Shown: positions 57,010-64,000 of the stretch, one piece after another
How the letters are laid out: each line of letters begins with the position of its first letter
Position numbering within the stretch: the stretch's first letter is position 1
From: a virus
Lineage: Duplodnaviria > Caudoviricetes
Length of the DNA: 64,000 bases
Virus record (IMG/VR): IMGVR_UViG_3300025012_000084
Coordinates: 1,617-65,616 of that record
Strand: one strand, 5' to 3'
Made by a program: the position numbers and the translations under genes
The notes under the pieces: generated by a model
Seen by the model: the letters and a program-made list of their open reading frames with translations, nothing else
What the model was told of the DNA's origin: nothing
The model's database searches: none

Positions 57010-57279
57010 TCAAAGAACGCTTGCGGCACGACACACGGCCATGCGGTACGCCTTGGCACATATCGAAGGGTCCGTCGCCCAGTCATCAGAAGGAGATATC
57101 AGGCGCTTTACGCGCAGCGCCTTCGTCTCAGATACGAACCGGCTCCAAACAAAAACACAGTCCTCCGGAGTCAGACCGCCAACAAACCCGTCGTCCATCT
57201 CGCTTATAGGCGGAACAGGGGTTTGTGCAAGGAAGGCCACGCGCCGCACAGCTTTGTGATACACTCCGATATCGCTCAT
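57010..57279 (-). CDS. Hypothetical protein
   Basis: GAGGAG RBS; ATGA overlap. Confidence 0.5.
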   Translation of the reverse strand: MSDIGVYHKAVRRVAFLAQTPVPPISEMDDGFVGGLTPEDCVFVWSRFVSETKALRVKRLISPSDDWATDPSICAKAYRMAVCRAASVL

Positions 57280-57566
57280 TTCATATACTCCTCGAACTCT
57301 GCGCAAAGTTCACGCAGCTTGTTTGATCGAACAGCCCGCGCAGCATCCCGCGCAGCATCCCGCGCAGCATCCCACGCAGCATCCCACGCAGCATCCCGCG
57401 CAGCATCCCACGCAATAGCCCACGCAGCATCCCGCGCAATATCCCACGCAGCCCGCGCAGCCCGCGCAGCCCGCGCAGCAGCCCGTTCTGATTCCAATAT
57501 GCCATCCGCATTCGGCCTGATTCCGCAAGGCGCGCATTCTCGTATTTGATTTAATGCAGGTTTCAT
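57276..57566 (-). CDS. Ala/Trp/Asp repeat protein (DAAW/DAAR)
   Basis: 12-bp and 9-bp coding repeats at about 57333-57484. Confidence 0.6.
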   Translation of the reverse strand: MKPALNQIRECAPCGIRPNADGILESERAAARAARAARAAWDIARDAAWAIAWDAARDAAWDAAWDAARDAARDAARAVRSNKLRELCAEFEEYMK

Positions 57567-57587
57567 TTCATATATCCCTCCGTTGTG

Positions 57588-57616
57588 TAACAAATCCGAG
57601 GTGTTCGGATTTGTTA
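57588..57616. promoter_or_regulatory. Palindrome family, copy 2
   Basis: TAACAAATCC GAGGTGTTC GGATTTGTTA. Confidence 0.7.
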
Positions 57617-57679
57617 GTTAATGTCGCAGCAAACAGCACTCACTGGAGCAGCTTTCAAATGCGTAACTCCAGTGAACGT

Positions 57680-57708
57680 ATTGTCTCATACTGAAGGCAT
57701 TATGTCAA
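57680..57708 (-). promoter_or_regulatory. Early sigma70-like promoter
   Basis: TTGACA-17 bp-GACAAT with TGn. Confidence 0.7.
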
Positions 57709-57718
57709 GTAGGTGTTA

Positions 57719-58249
57719 CTATTTAGGGTGCACCTTTGTGGCGTCTCGCAGAACATATTCCCGCTCTGCTTTCGCATAGGCCACGGAATCAAACACACCT
57801 TTTGCGGATATATAATCCCGGTGCTTCGGCTTGTTTGGATCAAGAAAGATACCGTCAGCAATAGCCTTCGCATGAAGATACTCCACCATGAACGGATAGT
57901 CGTCCGGAGGCGCCCATCCACCGAAAGACTTTGTTGGATCAGCCGGATCGATAAACATCAGAACGCCGTCCATAGTGTAAACATCGCCGTCACCAATAAG
58001 TCGTGTACGAGGCCACTTGCCTGTAGCCCTGTACGCATCATTCTTCGAGATCATGAGAGATTCCTTTGGCGAGAGTTTTTGCGCTTTAGGTGGAACAGGA
58101 TCTTTAAGTCTCGCAGCCTCTTTCAACAGCAATATGCTCACAAGTTGTCTGCGAGACAAACCATAATAAGAATCCGAAGCCACTAATCTGTAAAATGCAT
58201 CTACAACATCTCCAACAACATCAAACTTAAAATTTATTTTTTCTGACAC
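57719..58249 (-). CDS. Hypothetical protein, possible ribbon-helix-helix N-terminus
   Basis: AGGAGG RBS, GTG start; KINFKF strand then two helices (GLSRRQLVSILL). Confidence 0.55.
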   Translation of the reverse strand: MSEKINFKFDVVGDVVDAFYRLVASDSYYGLSRRQLVSILLLKEAARLKDPVPPKAQKLSPKESLMISKNDAYRATGKWPRTRLIGDGDVYTMDGVLMFIDPADPTKSFGGWAPPDDYPFMVEYLHAKAIADGIFLDPNKPKHRDYISAKGVFDSVAYAKAEREYVLRDATKVHPK

Positions 58250-58408
58250 AATAGCCTCCTGTCTGCGAAATGCAGGTGCGCATATTACCTCTATTTGGGG
58301 GTGCTGTACAAGGTCGGTCTGGGGTAAACTACACCCCCACACAAAAACGGGTTTTTTCTGATTATGGCGATTTTAGTGAAAAAAAGCCTTTTAAAGAGTC
58401 AGGCAAAG

Positions 58409-58524
58409 AGCCAATCACACACAGCCAGCATGGTTATTAGGAAAAAGTTGTGTTCTGATTCAATCACTTACGTTTTGGAAAAAGTTCAAAGAGCTGTACC
58501 CATGCTGGCTGTGTGTGATTGGCT
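58409..58524. repeat. Perfect 25-bp inverted repeat with 66-bp spacer
   Basis: AGCCAATCACACACAGCCAGCATGG / CCATGCTGGCTGTGTGTGATTGGCT. Confidence 0.9.
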
Positions 58525-58958
58525 TGCGCGCAACTTACTGAGTCGATTAAGGAATTTTTCAAAAAAGGGGTATAAAGTCATGAGCGCGGTTATTATGTAA
58601 ACCATATATATAGACTCTCTCTCTCCTCTCTCTCCTCTCTCTCCTCTCTCTTATGCCATAGGGGGTATTCATATCTTATATTTATAGACTTTATAGATTA
58701 AAATAAATAAATAAATTGAATTGGAACAGATGGTTATACAACAAGCCAATCCCATAATGCCAACGTGGGTACGGCTCTCTAGCCCTGTTTTCGCGCTGTA
58801 TGCATAAGAGCCTTTCCCTATGGATTCAAAGTGTTGCCACACCATCTTATCCCTATGGATTAGAGGGGTATTGGCTTTTTACCTGACTTTATACTGTCGC
58901 GCTTCAATTTACTACAATGACGCGATTGCGCGGTGCAAAGAGGTCTGTTGGGAGTTGC

Positions 58959-58987
58959 TAACAAATCCTAGCTATCAGGATTTGTTA
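58959..58987. promoter_or_regulatory. Palindrome family, copy 3
   Basis: TAACAAATCC TAGCTATCA GGATTTGTTA. Confidence 0.7.
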
Positions 58988-59002
58988 CTGGAATTGTGGA
59001 CG

Positions 59003-59027
59003 AAAAAAAGCCCGCTTAGGCGGGCTT
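59003..59027 (-). terminator. Rho-independent terminator
   Basis: AAGCCCGC-CTAA-GCGGGCTT-TTTTT on - strand. Confidence 0.85.
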
Positions 59028-59047
59028 CGGTGAGTCTATTTTTTGTG

Positions 59048-59815
59048 TTATTTTGTCATCGCGGAAAGTGTAAGCTGCGACTCCTGCTTTTTTGTCAGCA
59101 CGATTCCGAAGTCGTCCGCAAGCTGTAGGAACGCTTTTACGCGATCCGGCTTCGTTTGGGGAGTTGGGGTATTGCCGATACCCTTCGCGCCCTGAATAGC
59201 GCCTTCCAGAGCTGTTAGCGAGGCATCCTTGAGTAAGCTGTTTAGTTCGGCGCGCAATGCCTTCGCTTTTTCACTCGTTGCACCTTTCGAGGCTTTTTCG
59301 CGGATTTTGATAGCTTCCTTTGTAATTTTTAGAATTTCCTCAGCAGCTTTCGCTGCTGCGACAGCCTTCTCTTTGTCATCTTTCGATGAAGCAATAAGTG
59401 CGTTGCGTTTGGCTATTAGCACAGCGTCAGCTTGCTGCACAGCAGATTCTTTTAAAAAAGGTGTGTCTAGCGTCGCATTTGACACTACCGCTTGAGCCTT
59501 TTCTGCGATTGTCTTACGCATGCCTGACATAGCGACAGCTGCCTTGGTTTCCGCCTTCGGAACAGTATATTCAGCTGACTCGAAGGCATAATTCCATGCC
59601 TTATCCGATTTCTTTTGATCGCGCTTCTGGATAACAACAGCTTCAGTCATAAAGGCGGCGCGCGCGGCATCATACATTGATCGGGTAAGCTCTTCTGGCG
59701 GAATGTTACACAATAGCGAGCATACTAGTTCGCCAGCCTTAGTCCGTGCTGTTAGTGCGCCAAATGTACTGGTGACAAGGTTAGCGATTACAGATGTGTC
59801 AATAGTCTTTTCCAT
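59048..59815 (-). CDS. First early gene, Ala/Lys-rich helical protein
   Basis: AAGGA RBS; own promoter and terminator. Confidence 0.7.
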   Translation of the reverse strand: MEKTIDTSVIANLVTSTFGALTARTKAGELVCSLLCNIPPEELTRSMYDAARAAFMTEAVVIQKRDQKKSDKAWNYAFESAEYTVPKAETKAAVAMSGMRKTIAEKAQAVVSNATLDTPFLKESAVQQADAVLIAKRNALIASSKDDKEKAVAAAKAAEEILKITKEAIKIREKASKGATSEKAKALRAELNSLLKDASLTALEGAIQGAKGIGNTPTPQTKPDRVKAFLQLADDFGIVLTKKQESQLTLSAMTK

Positions 59816-59862
59816 GATAGTTTCCTTTTCGTAGTGTATCGGCAAGATTGCGCGACAACAGA

Positions 59863-59891
59863 ATTGTCGCATATCAAGGCTGTAGTGTCAA
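59863..59891 (-). promoter_or_regulatory. Early sigma70-like promoter
   Basis: TTGACA-17 bp-GACAAT with TGn. Confidence 0.7.
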
Positions 59892-60063
59892 CTACATTGA
59901 CACAATTCCCAATCGGTCGTATTTGTTACACCCACCGGGTAGGTATGCAGCCCTTTGAGGCGCGAGGTGGGCGAGGGGTTTGGGGTGAGATTCGCTCAAA
60001 TCACCAAGCGTTTTTCAATTCTCAGTTCTGTCAACTCAGTACCCCCACCCACTGGCTGCCGGG

Positions 60064-60092
60064 TTGACATTTACTGTAAACATATTTACAGT
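60064..60092 (+). promoter_or_regulatory. Sigma70-like promoter overlapped by an 8-4-8 palindrome
   Basis: TTGACA-17 bp-TACAGT; ACTGTAAA-CATA-TTTACAGT. Confidence 0.65.
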
Positions 60093-60098
60093 GCCCGC

Positions 60099-60689
60099 AT
60101 GAACCACCAGACATTTTTAGACGCACTGGACTCCGTGGTGCCAGAGTATCCGTTCAGGCTATCTCCTCCAGGTGCCAAAATAAACACCTCTGTTCCGGAA
60201 GATGTGGAGGAGTATGTCCAGGCGAAAGTGGCAGCGGCCAAGTTTGCTATAAATCACGGCCTGGAAGTGTGCATATCGGACGAACAGAAGCGCAAGGCGC
60301 GAGATGCTTTTACTGGCGAGTCGTCCATACGAGCGGCAGTAGCATCGTCTCCGGAGGTGATTTTGCATATAGGTGTGCTGTTGGATGCTTACGACTGCGC
60401 CATTGTCAAAAACGCTTGTCAGATACGCAACTACGTTACAAATAGGCTGATACTCGAATCTGTTGACGAAAATCCATCGATACGGCTCAGAGCTCTTGAG
60501 AACTTAGGCAAAATCTCCGATGTTGGACTGTTCTCAGAGAAGAGTGATATGACCATAAGTCATAAATCGGCGGGGGATTTGGAAAATCGACTTCGATCCA
60601 GGCTGGAAAAGATCATTGGCAGCGGTTCGATTGCAAACGAAGGGGTGAAGAAAGTGTCGAAATCGTCGAATACAGCAGGCGCTAGCTAA
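60099..60689 (+). CDS. Putative terminase small subunit
   Basis: Directly upstream of TerL; RLRALENLGKISDVGLF motif. Confidence 0.6.
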   Translation: MNHQTFLDALDSVVPEYPFRLSPPGAKINTSVPEDVEEYVQAKVAAAKFAINHGLEVCISDEQKRKARDAFTGESSIRAAVASSPEVILHIGVLLDAYDCAIVKNACQIRNYVTNRLILESVDENPSIRLRALENLGKISDVGLFSEKSDMTISHKSAGDLENRLRSRLEKIIGSGSIANEGVKKVSKSSNTAGAS

Positions 60690-60690
60690 G

Positions 60691-62232
60691 ATGTCTGTGG
60701 CCAAAGCCTTTTCCAAGGCCGAGTTGAGGCTTCTCAGGGATAATGTCGGCGCGTTATCGTTGGATGAGCAGACCGCGCTACTCTCTGATCTTGACCGCGA
60801 AGTAAAAACGCGCGAGCAGGCTGAGTGTAGAGACGCTCTGCTGCCATTTATGCAAAAAATCATGCCGCACTACCTTATCGGATCGCATCACAGGCGTATC
60901 GCGGATGTTTTTGGAGCGGTGGCCAGGGGGGAAAAGCTGCGGGTGATAATCAACATCGCTCCGCGCCATGGCAAATCCGAAACATCATCTTTTTTGTTCC
61001 CCTCATGGTTTTTGGGCAAATTCCCGGAGAAAAAAGTCATTATGGCGTCGCACACAGCGGAGCTGGCTGTGAGTTTTGGCCGACGAGTGCGCAATTTGAT
61101 GGCTACCACGGAGTACAAGGAGGTATTCCCTGGCGTGTCGCTGTCTGCTGACAATAAAGCGGCGGGGCGGTGGGCGACTAGCAGTCACGGAGAGTTTTTT
61201 GCAACCGGAATAGGAGGTGCGCTGGCCGGTCGCGGAGGGGATGTGGTCATAGTGGATGACCCGCTGTCGGAGCAGAGCGTAAAGGCGGCGGCTGGCAGCA
61301 ACCAGCTGTTCGTCGACCAGTGGGAGTGGTTCCAGCAAGGGCTTATGACGCGGCTCATGCCTGGCGGGGCGTGTATCCTGCTCATGACACGATGGTCAAA
61401 GCTGGATTTGACAGGACAGATCATCAACCACATGACAAAAAATCCGGATGCGGATCAGTGGGAGGTAATCGAGCTGCCGGCAGTGCTGCCGTCAGGTAAG
61501 CCGCTGTGGCCGGAATTCTGGTCTGCAAAAGAGCTGGAGCAGAAAAAGCTGGCTGTCGGCCCAGCCGCGTGGGCGGCACAGTATTTGCAACAGCCCACGT
61601 CGGAGGGGGCGCAGCTCCTGAAGAAAGATTGGTGGCGTCACTGGGAGAAAGAGGAGCCGCCCAAATGCGAATACACGATAATGTCGCTGGACGCGGCTCA
61701 GGAGAGCCATAATCGGGCGGACTACAACGCCGTGACCCACTGGGGCGTGTTCTATATGGACGGCCCCGACGGGCGCAGGCAGGCCAACGTGATACTTCTC
61801 AACGCGTGGCGGGAGCGCATGGAGTTTCCGGAGTTAAAAAAAGCCATACTGGCCGACTACAATAAGTGGGAGCCTGACACGTTTATCGTCGAAAAGAAGT
61901 CAAACGGGGCGGCGCTGTACCAGGAACTCAGACGCATGGGTCTGTCGGTGGTAGAATTCACGCCCGGCAAGGGGCAAGACAAAATTTCGCGTGTAAACGC
62001 GATAAGTGATATGATTTCCAGCGGGGTGGTGTGGGCGCCGACCGACAGGAGGTGGGCTGAGGAGTTGATCGAAGAGTGCGCCGAGTTTCCGCTGGGGGAA
62101 CATGATGACCTTGTGGATTCCACAACTCAAGCATTGATCCGCGTCAGACAGGGCGGGTTCCTGACGCTCCCGACAGACTACGAGGACAAGGAGCTGCCGG
62201 AGTACCGTAGAAAATCAGGCAAGTTTTATTAA
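60691..62232 (+). CDS. terL: Terminase large subunit
   Basis: APRHGKS Walker A, IVDDP Walker B, MTRW, nuclease SLD...HDDLVD. Confidence 0.93.
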   Translation: MSVAKAFSKAELRLLRDNVGALSLDEQTALLSDLDREVKTREQAECRDALLPFMQKIMPHYLIGSHHRRIADVFGAVARGEKLRVIINIAPRHGKSETSSFLFPSWFLGKFPEKKVIMASHTAELAVSFGRRVRNLMATTEYKEVFPGVSLSADNKAAGRWATSSHGEFFATGIGGALAGRGGDVVIVDDPLSEQSVKAAAGSNQLFVDQWEWFQQGLMTRLMPGGACILLMTRWSKLDLTGQIINHMTKNPDADQWEVIELPAVLPSGKPLWPEFWSAKELEQKKLAVGPAAWAAQYLQQPTSEGAQLLKKDWWRHWEKEEPPKCEYTIMSLDAAQESHNRADYNAVTHWGVFYMDGPDGRRQANVILLNAWRERMEFPELKKAILADYNKWEPDTFIVEKKSNGAALYQELRRMGLSVVEFTPGKGQDKISRVNAISDMISSGVVWAPTDRRWAEELIEECAEFPLGEHDDLVDSTTQALIRVRQGGFLTLPTDYEDKELPEYRRKSGKFY

Positions 62233-62242
62233 GGAGTAAGCC

Positions 62243-64000
62243 ATGTTTGCAAAGTCAGATTACGCGCCCCCTATGGGTATGGATGGAATGATGGGCGGAG
62301 ATGACCATGAAGGCATGCCGGTCGAAATAATGGTCGAAGGAGATGACGCCGAGAGGCTTGCCGAAGATGTCCTGTCTCTGGCCGAGAAGGCGCTGAAGGC
62401 AGAAGACGACTTCTACGCGAATCTCGCGGAGGACGTGGACGAAAAGATTCTCGATACAATAAGCGGTGAAGTCGTGGACGCTTACGACAGCGACAAAGCG
62501 TCTCGCTCCGAGTGGGAGAAGACATACCGGGAAGGTGTCGGGCTTCTGGGGCTGAGCATCGAGGAGCGCACGGAGCCGTGGGAAGGTGCTTGCGGGGTGT
62601 TTCACCCGCTGATGGCCGAGGCGGCGGTAAGGTTCCAGGCGGAGGCCATATCTGAGACATTCAGCGCGCAGGGCGTGTGCAAGACCACGATAATCGGCAA
62701 GGTTGACCACGAGAAAGAAGAAGCCGCGCAGCGCGTACAGGACGACATAAACTGGCGGCTCACCACTCAGATGAAGGAGTACCGCCCGGAACACGAGCGG
62801 ATGTTGTGGAATCTGGCCATTGCCGGATCGGCGTTCAAGAAAGTGTACTTTGACCCTGTGCTCGGGCGTCAGACGTCCGCATTTGTTTCGGCAGAGGACT
62901 TGGTGGTGCCTTACGGGGCGACCGATATGTCCTCTGCGCCGCGCATAGCGCACCGGATGCGAAAAAGCAAGAACGACGTGCGAAAGCTCCAGGTAGCCGG
63001 GTTCTATCGGGATGTGGAGTTGCCGGAGCCGGTGAAGGGAGGCGCCACCGATGGGGAGAAGGCGGCCAGCGATATTTCGGGTGTTGACGGCGGGAATGAT
63101 GACCGGATGGAGCTGGTGGAGATGTGTCTCGACTTGGAGATCAAGGGATTCGAAGACAAAGACGAGGATGGCGAGCCGACAGGGATAATGGTGCCGTATA
63201 TTGTGACTATCGAGAAGTCGTCAGGCAAGGTCTTGTCGATATATCGGAACTGGGACTATGGCGACGATGTGAAGAAAGCCGTGCAGCATTTCGTACACTA
63301 CGTGTACATCCCAGGGTTCGGGTTCTATGGCATGGGGCTGGTACATTTGGTGGGGGGGTTTGCCAAATCTGCGACGTCGCTGTTGCGACAGTTGACTGAC
63401 GCCGGGGTTCTGGCGAACGTCCCTTGTGGTCTGAAGACTAAAGGCATCAGGTTCCAGAGGGATTCAGACCCCATAGCGCCAGGCGAGTTCAGGGACGTGG
63501 ATGTGCCTTCCGGAACTCTCAGAGACAGCATCATGCCGCTGCCGTTCAAAGAGCCGAGCGGGACGCTGTTCCAGTTGTTCCAGACCATAGTGGACGAAGG
63601 CAGGCGCATGGCTGCCGTGTCCGACGTGAATGCCGCAGATATGAACCAGAATGCGCCGGTAGGCACAACGCTGGCGATCCTGGAGCGCTCGATGAAGGTT
63701 ATGACAGCCATCCAGGCACGGCTTCACGCGTCGCTCAAAGAAGAGCTAGCACTCATAAAGAAGATCGTCCGCGACCACATGCCGGGAGATTACGATTACG
63801 AGGTGGACGAGGGTGACGAGACGTGCTGCGTGAAGCAGTCGGACTATGACATGTCGGAGATAATTCCGGTGTCAGACCCGAATGCGGCGACCATGAGCCA
63901 GCGCGTGGTGCAGTACCAGGCTGTCGAACAGATGGCTCGCGCCAACCCGACGATATATGACCAAGTGGAACTCAACCGGCAGATGCTCGGGGGGCTCGGG
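62243..64000 (+). CDS. Portal protein, 3'-truncated by window (absent from ORF track)
   Basis: AAGGAG RBS; RTEPWEGACGVFHPLMAEAAVRFQAE, GSAFKKVYFDP, LPFKEPS, PVGTTLAILE. Confidence 0.88.
   Translation, partial: MFAKSDYAPPMGMDGMMGGDDHEGMPVEIMVEGDDAERLAEDVLSLAEKALKAEDDFYANLAEDVDEKILDTISGEVVDAYDSDKASRSEWEKTYREGVGLLGLSIEERTEPWEGACGVFHPLMAEAAVRFQAEAISETFSAQGVCKTTIIGKVDHEKEEAAQRVQDDINWRLTTQMKEYRPEHERMLWNLAIAGSAFKKVYFDPVLGRQTSAFVSAEDLVVPYGATDMSSAPRIAHRMRKSKNDVRKLQVAGFYRDVELPEPVKGGATDGEKAASDISGVDGGNDDRMELVEMCLDLEIKGFEDKDEDGEPTGIMVPYIVTIEKSSGKVLSIYRNWDYGDDVKKAVQHFVHYVYIPGFGFYGMGLVHLVGGFAKSATSLLRQLTDAGVLANVPCGLKTKGIRFQRDSDPIAPGEFRDVDVPSGTLRDSIMPLPFKEPSGTLFQLFQTIVDEGRRMAAVSDVNAADMNQNAPVGTTLAILERSMKVMTAIQARLHASLKEELALIKKIVRDHMPGDYDYEVDEGDETCCVKQSDYDMSEIIPVSDPNAATMSQRVVQYQAVEQMARANPTIYDQVELNRQMLGGLG

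Noticed and set aside
57281-57537. LRGM-repeat and CCAG-repeat ORFs
   Set aside because: Alternative frames of the 12-bp repeat; the DAAW frame has the RBS and family resemblance.
58364-59128. Short + strand ORFs in the repeat-rich region
   Set aside because: No RBS, against local gene polarity, and overlapping inverted repeats and a terminator.
60073-60092. LexA SOS box
   Set aside because: CTGT-N10-ACAG rather than CTGT-N8-ACAG; kept only as a generic palindrome.
62255-63727. Minus-strand ORFs listed in the track
   Set aside because: Shadows of the + strand portal gene that runs off the window end.
1-64000. tRNA genes, integrase, RNA polymerase
   Set aside because: No cloverleaf/T-loop, tyrosine or serine recombinase, or RNAP motifs recognised by eye. 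tRNAscan-SE and HMM searches would confirm; the short missing portal-to-scaffold segment cannot be seen.

Overview
Near-complete genome of a tailed dsDNA phage, podovirus-like in organisation, probably infecting a Proteobacterium (sigma70-type promoters). The window starts inside a scaffold-like gene and ends inside the portal gene. The + strand late arm (60099-64000 and 1-32310) encodes TerS-like, TerL, portal, a Mu gpT-like capsid protein, adaptors/nozzle, two tail fibres, lysis genes and large ejection proteins, including a PLxRFG polyvalent protein. The - strand arm (32307-59815) encodes a primase-helicase, SNF2 helicase, VRR-NUC, PD-(D/E)XK nuclease, family A DNA polymerase, HNH, RNA ligase, M28-like peptidase and many small early genes. 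The standout is a 3.6-kb array (46648-50265) of about ten integron-type gene cassettes bounded by attC-like sites, with no integrase in the window. All cassette genes run antisense to the attC top strand, several start inside the attC loop, and one cassette carries an RNA ligase. Other signals: a small RNA complementary to the primase RBS, a promoter-driven double-pseudoknot RNA after the capsid gene, four TAACAAATCC-N9-GGATTTGTTA palindromes and an origin-like region. All protein calls come from motif and synteny recognition; no database searches were run.
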